The notes beneath the pieces are model-generated. The model was given only the letters and a program-made list of their open reading frames with translations, made no database searches and was not told the DNA's origin. A stretch of 64,000 bases of DNA, taken from sequence record OR525701.1; one strand, given 5' to 3'. Of the stretch, positions 54,679 through 64,000 are shown one piece after another; positions within the stretch are counted from its first letter, which is position 1; each line of letters opens with the position of its first letter. This DNA is from Escherichia phage vB-Eco-KMB38. Made by a program: the position numbers and the translations under genes.

Positions 54679-55431
54679 ATGGCTAATATAATTCGTTGTA
54701 AATTACCGGATGGTGTTCATCGTTTTAAGCCGTTCACTGTGGCGGATTATAGAGACTTTTTACTAGTTAGAAATGATATCGAACATCGTTCGCCGCAAGA
54801 ACAAAAAGAAATAATTGCCGATTTGATTGATGATTATTTTGGCGAGTACCCTAAAACATGGCAACCATTTATATTCCTGCAAGTTTTTGCAGGCTCTATA
54901 GGCAAAACAAAAGTTCCCGTTATTTTCACTTGCCCTAAATGCTCTAAAGAAAAAACTGCACCATTTGAGATATATCAAAAAGAACTAGTCGAACCTGAAC
55001 TTGATGTTGCTGGTATAAAAATACGTTTTTCTTTCCCTGAAAAGTTTTATGACAATAAAGCATTAATGATAAGTGAAAACATAAAAGAAATATATTATAA
55101 TGATGAATGGTACCCATGGAATGATTTGACTGAAGAGAACCAAATCCAAGTAATAGAAGCAATAGACATTGACTCGCTCGAGAAGGTTATTGCTTCTATG
55201 AATCCTATTAATTTGACCCTTAGATTAGGTTGTTGTGAACGTCATGTTAAAACATATACTGATATCTTAGAGGTTTTTAAATTGTTAGTTAACCCTGATG
55301 AGATTTTTACATTCTATCAGATAAACCATTCACTAGTAAAGAGTCAATACACATTGGATTCTATTATGCAAATGATTCCTGTTGAACGTGGTATTGCTTT
55401 AACATTAGTAGAAAAGGACCATAAAAAATGA
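54679..55431 (+). CDS. 51: gp51 baseplate hub assembly protein
   Basis: 250 aa; synteny. Confidence 0.85.
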   Translation: MANIIRCKLPDGVHRFKPFTVADYRDFLLVRNDIEHRSPQEQKEIIADLIDDYFGEYPKTWQPFIFLQVFAGSIGKTKVPVIFTCPKCSKEKTAPFEIYQKELVEPELDVAGIKIRFSFPEKFYDNKALMISENIKEIYYNDEWYPWNDLTEENQIQVIEAIDIDSLEKVIASMNPINLTLRLGCCERHVKTYTDILEVFKLLVNPDEIFTFYQINHSLVKSQYTLDSIMQMIPVERGIALTLVEKDHKK

Positions 55432-56600
55432 CAGTATTCCAACGTCCAGGATATCCTAACTTAAGCGTTAAATTATACCAAGATTATTCGGCTTGGCAAG
55501 AAAATAGATACGTTGAACTCGCAGCAACAATAACAACTTTAACCATGCGAGATTCGCTATATGGAAGAAATGAAGGGATTCTTCAATTTTATGACACTAA
55601 AAACATCCACACTAAAATGGATGGTAGACAGATAGTCCAAATCTCTGTTTCAAATTCAAACACACCTCTCCAAGTTAGAACTCGAATTTACGGATGTAGA
55701 CATTATTCTGTGTCTGTGGACTCAAAAGGTGACAATATTATTGCAATTGAGCTTGGAACAATACATTCTATAGAGAACCTTAAATTTGGGCGACCATTCT
55801 TCCCAGACGCAGGAGAATCTATACGCGAAATGTTAGGTGTCATATATAAAGACCGTACATTAATTACTCCGCCAATAAACACTATTAATGCTTATGTTCC
55901 TGATATTCCTTGGACAAGCACATTTGATGATTATTTGGCATATGTCAGAGAATTAGGACTTGCTACAGCGAGTGATAAGTTCGTATTCGTATGGCAAGAT
56001 ATTTTAGGCGTAAACATGATTGACTACGATACTCTTATTGGTCAGGAAGGCATTAAGATGATTGTAGGCGAGCCAAATACCGTAGGTCAGTATATTCAAG
56101 AGCTTGAGTATCCATTGGTATGGGATTTCACCTGGATGACTAAAGCTAACCAATTTACAAGAGACCCTATTAAAAACGCCACGATATTCGCCCATTCATT
56201 TTTAGATACATCTATTCCGGTTATTGTTACAGGCGATGGTGATAATGCTATTGTTGTGTCAAGATCTGGTGGATATTCCGAAATGACTTATCGTAATGGA
56301 TTTGAAGAAGCAAGTCGTCTTCAGACAATGGCTCAATATGACGGATATGCTAAATGCACTACTACAGGTAATTTTAACATAACGCCTGCTACTAAAATTA
56401 TATTTGTTGACCAAAAGAACCAATTCAAATCTGAATTTTACGTAGATGAAGTTATTCATGAGTTATCAAATAACAACTCACAAACTCATCTATACATGTT
56501 TACCAACTCAATGGTGTTAGAACCTGTTAACCCAGTTAAGGTTAAAAATGAACTTAAATCTGATTCTACCTCTAAAGAAAATAATTCTACCACAGTCTAA
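55428..56600 (+). CDS. 27: gp27 baseplate hub protein
   Basis: 390 aa; synteny and size. Confidence 0.9.
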   Translation: MTVFQRPGYPNLSVKLYQDYSAWQENRYVELAATITTLTMRDSLYGRNEGILQFYDTKNIHTKMDGRQIVQISVSNSNTPLQVRTRIYGCRHYSVSVDSKGDNIIAIELGTIHSIENLKFGRPFFPDAGESIREMLGVIYKDRTLITPPINTINAYVPDIPWTSTFDDYLAYVRELGLATASDKFVFVWQDILGVNMIDYDTLIGQEGIKMIVGEPNTVGQYIQELEYPLVWDFTWMTKANQFTRDPIKNATIFAHSFLDTSIPVIVTGDGDNAIVVSRSGGYSEMTYRNGFEEASRLQTMAQYDGYAKCTTTGNFNITPATKIIFVDQKNQFKSEFYVDEVIHELSNNNSQTHLYMFTNSMVLEPVNPVKVKNELKSDSTSKENNSTTV

Positions 56601-57081
56601 TAAAAAGATAATGATTCCCAAATTAGGGCTCAAACATTATAATCTTTTAAAGGACGTTAAAGGTCCTGACGAAAACATGAAAATCTTAGCCGATTCTATT
56701 TGTAAAAATATGAGTCCCGCAGATTTTGATTTTGCATGTCTACACATATTGGAATTTAATAACAAACTTAAGTCTGAAGTTGAAAAAGATGGATTCACTT
56801 ATAAACTAGATGACGTCTATGTATGCCAACGAACAGAATTCCAATTTCAAGGTAATACTTTTTATTTTAGACCCCCAGGCAAATTTGAACAATTCGCTAC
56901 AATCAGTGAAATGTTATCAAATTGCTTAATAAAAGTTAATGACGAAGAGAAAGAAATTTCTTTCCTTGAGATGCCTGCTTTTGTAATCAAATGGGCAGAA
57001 GACCTTTCGACAACCATTGCTATTCCGGGCCCCAATGGCCCTATTAAGGGTATAGCAGAAATTATTGGATTGCTTGAATGA
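56548..57081 (+). CDS. 28: gp28 baseplate hub distal protein
   Basis: 177 aa; overlaps 3' end of gene 27. Confidence 0.75.
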   Translation: MNLNLILPLKKIILPQSNKKIMIPKLGLKHYNLLKDVKGPDENMKILADSICKNMSPADFDFACLHILEFNNKLKSEVEKDGFTYKLDDVYVCQRTEFQFQGNTFYFRPPGKFEQFATISEMLSNCLIKVNDEEKEISFLEMPAFVIKWAEDLSTTIAIPGPNGPIKGIAEIIGLLE

Positions 57082-58850
57082 AACCTGAAGAAATGAAATC
57101 CATGCGTAGAAATAAGGTCATTGCCGATAATAAACCACAAAAAGTAGCTGCAACAGCAGCTACCGATTCATTAGAAGCATTGAATAACATTTCATCAAAA
57201 CTAGACGATGTCCAAGCCGCGTCTGAACTCACATCACAAAGTGTAGAAGATAAAGGCAATAGAATTATTGAATCAATTGGAGACTTAAAGAATTCGACAG
57301 ATAATACTGCTGAAGGCACAGAGCTTATCGCAGAAGTTATTGAAAAACAAACTGAAGTCACTAAAAGTATAAACGAAGTTTCTAGTGCAATAAGCTCTAA
57401 GTTAGACCGATTAGCTACATTGTTAGAGCAAAAATTACAAACATCTACCGCTATTCAAAATACAGGAGGCACCTCTCTTGAAGTAATTGAGAACGCTATA
57501 CCTGTTAAAGTGGTTGAGAATGAAACTTCTGATGAGTTGTTTAAAGCATTACCTACACCTGAAAAGATTGATAATAAGCCGGACGAAGATTTCTTCCCAG
57601 CCCCTGTTCAAGAAAGTGCTAATTCTACTTCTGATTCTAAAGGCGGAATTAGCTTTAAATTGAGCGATAAAATTGCAATGCTCACCAAAACAGTTCAAAC
57701 CGGGTTTAATAAATCAATATCAATTTCAGACAGAATTGCTGGAATGCTTTTCAAATACACTATAACAGCTGCTATTGAAGCCGCAAAAATGGCCGCACTT
57801 ATTCTTGGTATTGTTATCGGTATTGATTTATTGATAGTCCATTTCAAATATTGGACAGACAAGTTCACTTCTGCCTGGGATTTATTTGATGAAAACTTTA
57901 CTAAATTCTCCGATGAAGCTCAAGAGTGGGGTAAATTCTTAAGTGATATATTCACTTCTATTGACTCGATAAAACAATTGTGGGAAGCTGGAGACTGGGG
58001 TGGTTTAACCGTTGCTATTGTCAAAGGTGTAGGAACAGCATTAATGAACTTAGGTGAACTAATTCAATTAGGAATGGCTAAACTCTCCGCGTCTATATTG
58101 CGTGCTATAGGTTTTGGTGATACCGCGGACGAAATAGAAGGACGTGCTTTAGAAGGATTCCAAGAAACTACTGGGAACAAATTAAAGAAAGAAGACCAAG
58201 AGAAAGTCGCTAAATATCAAATGAAGCGTGACGACGGGGAATTAGGAACCGTTTCTAAAGGTCTTGATATGTTACAACGCGGCAAAACATTCGTTACTAA
58301 CTGGGTTCGTGGTAATGACAATAAAGAAGAGTTTAGTACAAGTGATGAGCGTGCTGCGGAATCAGCAAAATTAAAAGAGTTACCTGAAGAGGAACGTAAA
58401 GAGGCATATATAAAAGCTAATGAAACTCGTGCGGCACTGGTTAGATTTGAGGATTATATCGATAAAATCGATATGTCTAATCCGGAAAATGCTAAAAACG
58501 TCGAGAAGTCTTATGCTGATTTAAGTAAACTTATTAAAGACCCTGAACTTAATAAAACTCCTGTTGTTAAAAAGGAAATAGATGCTAGATTTGAAAAGCT
58601 AAATAATAAAATGGCTGAAGCCAAAAAGGCTCAGACAACAGTTAAGCCTGAATCTTCGTCTAAATCTCCGGAAGCAAAACAAGTTCAGTCAATAGAGAAA
58701 GGACGTGCTTCTGAATCTAAACAACAGCAACCGGTAGCGGCGATTAGTAACACAAATAATGTCGTCAAAAAGAATACCGTAGTCCAGAATATGACCCCTG
58801 TAACAAGTACAACGGCTCCTGGAATTTTCCATGCCACCGGTGTTAATTAA
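57078..58850 (+). CDS. 29: gp29 tail tape-measure/hub protein
   Basis: 590 aa; synteny. Confidence 0.9.
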   Translation: MKPEEMKSMRRNKVIADNKPQKVAATAATDSLEALNNISSKLDDVQAASELTSQSVEDKGNRIIESIGDLKNSTDNTAEGTELIAEVIEKQTEVTKSINEVSSAISSKLDRLATLLEQKLQTSTAIQNTGGTSLEVIENAIPVKVVENETSDELFKALPTPEKIDNKPDEDFFPAPVQESANSTSDSKGGISFKLSDKIAMLTKTVQTGFNKSISISDRIAGMLFKYTITAAIEAAKMAALILGIVIGIDLLIVHFKYWTDKFTSAWDLFDENFTKFSDEAQEWGKFLSDIFTSIDSIKQLWEAGDWGGLTVAIVKGVGTALMNLGELIQLGMAKLSASILRAIGFGDTADEIEGRALEGFQETTGNKLKKEDQEKVAKYQMKRDDGELGTVSKGLDMLQRGKTFVTNWVRGNDNKEEFSTSDERAAESAKLKELPEEERKEAYIKANETRAALVRFEDYIDKIDMSNPENAKNVEKSYADLSKLIKDPELNKTPVVKKEIDARFEKLNNKMAEAKKAQTTVKPESSSKSPEAKQVQSIEKGRASESKQQQPVAAISNTNNVVKKNTVVQNMTPVTSTTAPGIFHATGVN

Positions 58851-58858
58851 GGATTATT

Positions 58859-59968
58859 ATGATTAGTGTAAAAGAAATAGTAGTAGATGCAAAGGATTTA
58901 AATAAAGCAATCCCAGTCTCAGAAAGTGCTGGGCAAAGCACTAAAACCGAAACAACTACTAAAACTTATGTTGCTCAATTTCCTACAGGAAGAGCAGCCG
59001 GAAATGACTCCACAGGAGACTTCCAGGTAACAGACCTTTATAAGAATGGATTATTATTTACCGCGTACAATATGTCTGCACGCGATTCAGGATCCCTCAG
59101 GAATTTACGTCCTGCATACGCCGGGACTTCATCCAATGGTATCATATCAGATTTAACTGATAATGTGAAAGATGCAGTGACTAAATTCTCAAATGGATTG
59201 CTTCCTGCTGGAGCTAATAAATCTACCATAAATAAAACTCCTGTTGCCAATATCCTGTTGCCACGTTCCAAATCTGACGTTGATACAACTTCACATCGTT
59301 TTAATGATATCGGTGATAGTCTTATTACTAAAGGTGGAGGTACTGCTACGGGTGTTTTAAGTAACATTGCTTCTACTGCAGTCTTTGGTGCATTAGATTC
59401 TATTACCCAGGGGCTTATGGCTGATAATAACGAACAGATTTATACGACTTCTCGTAGTATGTATGGTGGTGCCGAGAACCGTACTAAAGTCTTTACATGG
59501 GATTTAACTCCACGTTCAACTGAAGACCTTATGGCTATTATAAACATTTACCAGTATTTTAACTATTTCTCATATGGTGAGACCGGTAAATCACAGTACG
59601 CCCAAGAGATTAAAAGTTATTTAGACGAATGGTACCGTTCAACGTTTATTGAGCCTATGACCCCAGACGATGCTGTAAAAAATAAGACATTGTTTGAAAA
59701 GATTACTGCGTCATTAACAAACGTATTAGTTGTAAGCAACCCTACGATTTGGATGGTTAAAAACTTTGGACACACATCTAAATTTGACGGGTTAACTGAT
59801 GTATTTGGCCCATGTCAAATTCAAAGCGTACGTTTTGATAAAACTCCAAATGGACAATTTAATGGTCTTGCTGTTGCTCCTAACTTACCGTCAACATTTA
59901 CGTTAGAGGTAACAATGCGAGAAATTATTACATTAAACCGTTCTTCACTTTATGCGGGGACTTTCTAA
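58859..59968 (+). CDS. 48: gp48 baseplate-tail tube junction protein
   Basis: 369 aa; synteny. Confidence 0.9.
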   Translation: MISVKEIVVDAKDLNKAIPVSESAGQSTKTETTTKTYVAQFPTGRAAGNDSTGDFQVTDLYKNGLLFTAYNMSARDSGSLRNLRPAYAGTSSNGIISDLTDNVKDAVTKFSNGLLPAGANKSTINKTPVANILLPRSKSDVDTTSHRFNDIGDSLITKGGGTATGVLSNIASTAVFGALDSITQGLMADNNEQIYTTSRSMYGGAENRTKVFTWDLTPRSTEDLMAIINIYQYFNYFSYGETGKSQYAQEIKSYLDEWYRSTFIEPMTPDDAVKNKTLFEKITASLTNVLVVSNPTIWMVKNFGHTSKFDGLTDVFGPCQIQSVRFDKTPNGQFNGLAVAPNLPSTFTLEVTMREIITLNRSSLYAGTF

Positions 59969-60930
59969 TGTACTCTTTAGAAGAATTTAATAACCAAGCT
60001 ATAAATGCAGATTTCCAACGAAACAATATGTTTAGTTGTGTATTTGCTACTACACCGTCGACTAAATCATCTTCACTAATTTCGTCAATTGGTAGTTTTG
60101 CTTATAATAACTTAGGGTTGGATTCAGATTGGCTAGGATTGACTCAAGGTGATATCAATCAGGGCGTTACAACCCTGATTACAGCAGGAACACAGAAATT
60201 AATTCGAAAATCAGGTGTAAGTAAATATCTGATTGGAGCAATGAGTCAACGTACGGTACAAAGCTTGTTAGGTGAGTTCACAGTAGGAGCTTATCTGATA
60301 GACTTCTTCAATATGGCATATAATAATACAGGTTTAATGATTTATTCTGTAAAAATGCCTGAGAACCGATTATCTTATGAAACGGATTTCAACTATAACT
60401 CACCGAACATCCGAATTACCGGTCGAGAAATGGACCCGTTAGTAATAAGCTTTAGAATGGATTCCGAAGCATCCAACTTTAGAGCAATGCAGGACTGGGT
60501 AAACTCAGTCCAAGACCCTGTAACAGGTCTTCGCGCTTTACCACAAGACGTCGAAGCAGATATTCAGGTTAATTTACATGCACGAAATGGTTTACCGCAT
60601 ACCGCTGTCATGTTCACCGGATGTATTCCTGTTAGTGTCTCTTCTCCTGAGTTAACGTATGATGGTGATAATCAGATAACAGTTTTTGACGTAACATTTG
60701 CTTATCGCGTTATGCAATCAGGTGCTGTAAATAGACAGGCTGCTTTAGAGTGGTTGGAATCAGGACTTATTAGTAGTGTTTCAGGAATGTTTGGAAATAA
60801 TCAGAATGATTCTGGTCTAGGAAGTGCAGTATCAAGACTTTCTAGATTAGGTGGGACCGCCGGAGGTGTGTCTAATATAAACACATTGACAGGTGTGGTG
60901 AATTCTACATCAAGAGTTTTAGGACTATAA
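59968..60930 (+). CDS. 54: gp54 baseplate-tail tube initiator
   Basis: 320 aa; synteny. Confidence 0.9.
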   Translation: MYSLEEFNNQAINADFQRNNMFSCVFATTPSTKSSSLISSIGSFAYNNLGLDSDWLGLTQGDINQGVTTLITAGTQKLIRKSGVSKYLIGAMSQRTVQSLLGEFTVGAYLIDFFNMAYNNTGLMIYSVKMPENRLSYETDFNYNSPNIRITGREMDPLVISFRMDSEASNFRAMQDWVNSVQDPVTGLRALPQDVEADIQVNLHARNGLPHTAVMFTGCIPVSVSSPELTYDGDNQITVFDVTFAYRVMQSGAVNRQAALEWLESGLISSVSGMFGNNQNDSGLGSAVSRLSRLGGTAGGVSNINTLTGVVNSTSRVLGL

Positions 60931-60960
60931 GAAAAAGGGAGACGTTGTCTCCCTTTAGGG
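60931..60960. terminator. Stem-loop/terminator between gene 54 and the convergent minus-strand gene
   Basis: A-run, gggagacgttgtctccc hairpin, ttt. Confidence 0.5.
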
Positions 60961-60962
60961 GT

Positions 60963-61295
60963 TTATTTACGGAATGAAAGGAATGCTGGTGCTCGGAATG
61001 GAGTATCATCTTTAGAGTATTTAACTAATACGACCATTGGTACCTCTGTTTCTAAATGTCCTGTCAATACACCGATAAAAATTTGATCAGTGTGCTCAGG
61101 GTCACGAAAGTTTTTAAGAGGTTCCATAGCAATATGGAATGCACCTGGGAATACTCGATTCAATTCGTCAATCACAGCTTCGTTAAAAACATCATCCGCT
61201 GGGATAACATCTTCAACTACTAGTTCTTGACCATTAAAGCGAAGCATAGATTTCATAACGTTTTCCTCATGTTGTTGATAGGATGATAGTATCAC
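60963..61295 (-). CDS. Hypothetical protein (110 aa) at the alt.-3 position
   Basis: ORF with GAGGAAAACG RBS and own early promoter. Confidence 0.55.
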   Translation of the reverse strand: MILSSYQQHEENVMKSMLRFNGQELVVEDVIPADDVFNEAVIDELNRVFPGAFHIAMEPLKNFRDPEHTDQIFIGVLTGHLETEVPMVVLVKYSKDDTPFRAPAFLSFRK

Positions 61296-61316
61296 ACATC
61301 CATGTGTTTGTAAACT
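61276..61316 (-). promoter_or_regulatory. PeSL-type early promoter cassette
   Basis: Minus-strand sense GTTTACAAACACATGGATGTGTGATACTATCATCCTATCAAC. Confidence 0.55.
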
Positions 61317-63402
61317 ATCCTTGGAAAAATTTAAACGGAACTGATTCTAAATCCATTAAAGATGCTAACAATTCCAAACCTTTAGGTGCACTAGTTTTTT
61401 CTACAAATGAGGAGAACGATACCAGCTCATCAGATTCGATTTCACCCGTCATAGCGACCACCTCGCCTGTTTCCATGAGAACATCACCATCGTAAATGAC
61501 AGCTTCATCTAACTGGTCTGAAGACATGACTTCAGCTTGAATAAATTTAAGGTTGGATTCTAAACCTGCACCAGTGTCAGATGACGCATCTGTAATTTTA
61601 TTTATCTGCAAGAGAATGCCTCTAGGCAAAATAATTTCTTGCTCATTAGGGTGATTACTCAACTGTCCTGGATAAATCACGTTAACTTTATGGGCGCCAT
61701 CAATAGCCCATCCAACGTTAACACGGATTTGTTCTGGCGCATGCATAGCTGTTCTTACTTGACTAGGAGAAATAGTAACACCTTCGTCATTATTGTCAAT
61801 GTTAAGCTCTTTGCGAACTTCTTCAGGAGCAAGTCCAAGGGCAACGTTCTCTTTAAACCCACCGAAAATAATAGGAGCTAGTGAAGTGGAAACATAGTTT
61901 CTGAAGTAGAATACCTTATTTTTAACCATTGCTTCGTAAATAGGCATTCTGATAGACTGAGCTCTATATAACGTTAGACCTTCAGGTAAACGATCTCCAT
62001 TTAAAAACGCCGAATCAAGACCATCAATAGCGCGTTTAACTTCATCTTCATCTGCAACATCGTAAAAATCTGGTTTATAACGACCTAACAACATATTATT
62101 GATATCTGTATATGCAGAAGAGGCATATTCACGAATAGCTCGTTTTTCAGCAACAGAGTATTGTTTAGGGTCACGATTCATTGTTATATTAAAGGTGCCT
62201 CTAGCTGATTCTCGTGCATAAGTATACATCACATTAGACAAGAACGCTGATTTACGTTGTTTCCAAGTTCTTTCAGATACTTCAGCTAAAACGTCGTCAG
62301 GCAGTTGGAAATTATCACGTCTAAAATCTTCAAACCATTCGTCTTTAATAGAGTCTGCAATTTCATTTGCAGCTTCAACAAAAGCAGCTAATGCTTTAAC
62401 AGATGTTGTTTTTTCGGTTTTAATTTTCTTAGCAAACTTTTCTAAAGTCGGCTTAATAACACTACCATAAGAAACTTCATCGGCAAATTTAAAGGATTCA
62501 TCAATACGATTATAAATCTTATTTTCGATATCAGCAACTAAAGTGCCTTTTGCTGTGGACGATGCTTGGGCTAGTACGATTTCATATGCTTCAGGAAGTA
62601 ATTCGGCTGTAGCCGGGCCACTAACTTCTTTAGCAGAATTTTCGTATTTCTGGAATAACTCACCTTCTTGACGGTCAGCTTCTAAAGATTGACTTGCTGC
62701 AATAGCACGACGAGAAATTTTAGTGCGAGCAATAACAGGCTTATCTTTACGTTTTTCTTCTACCGCGGCAATAGAACCAGCGATAGCCGTTTCTTTGGTG
62801 ACCTTTTCACCGGTCTTTTTACTCACATAAACTTCGCCAACATCAGAATCTACTTTCGTGTACAACTCTGTGTTAATGTTAGGGATGCCTTTAATATCTT
62901 CAATGTTGGCATTTTTACGAACCATCATCACATAGGTGTGTTTACCTGTGAATTGATACATTGCCGACAATACTTTAAAACGACCACCGGTTTTAGTAGA
63001 AACTAAACGAGCAAGAAGAGTTTGAAGCTGCTGTCCACGTCCTTTCAATTTCTTGGTAGGGAATCTGAACAGAACCGCATCCATACGAAGAGCTTTAACC
63101 TGTTCATATACTGTATTGAAAATGGTGTTGATTGCATCAATAGGAGCAGGACCAAGGCCGTTTTTCAATTCAGCGAGATTACCCTTTTCAGACAGACTCA
63201 TAATAACAACATGGGCATATTTGTCGCCAAGTTTAACTTGTTTTACAGCATCGCCTTCAGAAAGGTAAGAGAATAAGCGAACTACGATGTTTGTATCGAT
63301 ATCACCAATTTTCCAGACTTGTGGAACTTTAGCTTTAGGGTTCAAATTGACGACAGGAAGACTGCCTTCAGATTCAAACACTTCATTTAATTGTTCAGAC
63401 AT
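61315..63402 (-). CDS. alt: Alt mono-ADP-ribosyltransferase (packaged, injected)
   Basis: 695 aa; size and position between gene 54 and DNA ligase as in T4. Confidence 0.85.
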   Translation of the reverse strand: MSEQLNEVFESEGSLPVVNLNPKAKVPQVWKIGDIDTNIVVRLFSYLSEGDAVKQVKLGDKYAHVVIMSLSEKGNLAELKNGLGPAPIDAINTIFNTVYEQVKALRMDAVLFRFPTKKLKGRGQQLQTLLARLVSTKTGGRFKVLSAMYQFTGKHTYVMMVRKNANIEDIKGIPNINTELYTKVDSDVGEVYVSKKTGEKVTKETAIAGSIAAVEEKRKDKPVIARTKISRRAIAASQSLEADRQEGELFQKYENSAKEVSGPATAELLPEAYEIVLAQASSTAKGTLVADIENKIYNRIDESFKFADEVSYGSVIKPTLEKFAKKIKTEKTTSVKALAAFVEAANEIADSIKDEWFEDFRRDNFQLPDDVLAEVSERTWKQRKSAFLSNVMYTYARESARGTFNITMNRDPKQYSVAEKRAIREYASSAYTDINNMLLGRYKPDFYDVADEDEVKRAIDGLDSAFLNGDRLPEGLTLYRAQSIRMPIYEAMVKNKVFYFRNYVSTSLAPIIFGGFKENVALGLAPEEVRKELNIDNNDEGVTISPSQVRTAMHAPEQIRVNVGWAIDGAHKVNVIYPGQLSNHPNEQEIILPRGILLQINKITDASSDTGAGLESNLKFIQAEVMSSDQLDEAVIYDGDVLMETGEVVAMTGEIESDELVSFSSFVEKTSAPKGLELLASLMDLESVPFKFFQG

Positions 63403-63457
63403 AGTGTTTTCCTTTTAGTAATAATTTATATTTATGCCAAAAAGAGCCCGAAGGCTC

Positions 63458-63667
63458 TTAATCCACAATCGGGAGCAAAGTACGATAAACTTCAAAATTA
63501 GGGCCTTTTTCATACCCATCAACGTTATCTACGAAAACCCGATACGAATTTTCATTAGGAAAATCTAATATAATCTGAGAGCAAGAGGTGGAAACATCTC
63601 CACCATCCTTCTTAGCTACAATAACTGTTTCTAAATAAGCTTTCATTATAAACCTGTCTGGGACCAC
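63458..63667 (-). CDS. Hypothetical small protein (69 aa)
   Basis: ORF between ligase and alt. Confidence 0.45.
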   Translation of the reverse strand: MVPDRFIMKAYLETVIVAKKDGGDVSTSCSQIILDFPNENSYRVFVDNVDGYEKGPNFEVYRTLLPIVD

Positions 63668-64000
63668 GGTCCAAATACATCTTCAAACGAATCCGCTTCT
63701 GTTTTATCAAAACGGAACCCTTTAATAATTGGAAGGAAAATACCTACAGTACCTTCACGGCCTTTAGAATGAACCCAACCATTACATTCACAATCAGCGA
63801 TACGTCCAATTAATTTACCTTCACGAGCTTCGGCCATTAATCGTTCACGGTCTAAATCATGACGCTCGTCTAAAGGAATAAGAACCTTTACACCGTCAAC
63901 TGTTTTATGAGTTGTATCTTTAAAACCTGAACCACAATCGGTTGTAATACGACGACAACGTGATACGAGTTCGACACCACCTAATTTGTTAGGGACTTTA
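63646..64000 (-). CDS. 30: DNA ligase, C-terminal part (gene continues beyond window end)
   Basis: Open frame runs to the window edge; C-terminal ...FRFDKTEADSFEDVFGPWSQTGL resembles the T4 DNA ligase terminus; position after alt. Confidence 0.7.
   Translation of the reverse strand, partial: KVPNKLGGVELVSRCRRITTDCGSGFKDTTHKTVDGVKVLIPLDERHDLDRERLMAEAREGKLIGRIADCECNGWVHSKGREGTVGIFLPIIKGFRFDKTEADSFEDVFGPWSQTGL

Overview
This window reads as a contiguous segment of a T4-like (Tevenvirinae) myovirus genome. Coordinates 1-16300 are an early/middle region on the minus strand: a cluster of internal-protein (Ip) genes with the capsid-targeting N-terminus, denV, lysozyme e, nudE, about 20 small ORFans and membrane proteins, two tRNAs plus a tRNA-like RNA region, then genes 57B, 57A, 1, 3, 2 and 4. 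From 16348 to 46569 the plus strand carries the late structural module in canonical T4 order (53, 5, 5.1, 5.4, 6-12, wac, 13-24). The remainder holds rnlB, hoc, inh, a GIY-YIG endonuclease, uvsW, uvsW.1, uvsY, 25, 26, 51, 27, 28, 29, 48, 54, alt and the 3' end of DNA ligase (30). Protein calls rest on recalled similarity to T4 proteins and on synteny; no database search was run. The most interesting content is in the accessory loci: at least six Ip-type genes (candidate injected anti-defence proteins), ORFans each preceded by a ~40-bp early promoter with a palindromic -10 region (PeSL-type cassettes), a tandem trio of small paralogues ending in a conserved Cys-terminated motif, a C-terminal F-I-K-E-C-R motif recurring at gene junctions, and a tRNA-like region of unclear identity. 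Feature coordinates that were derived by hand rather than from the ORF track (tRNAs, promoters, terminators, small ORFs) may be off by 1-2 nt.
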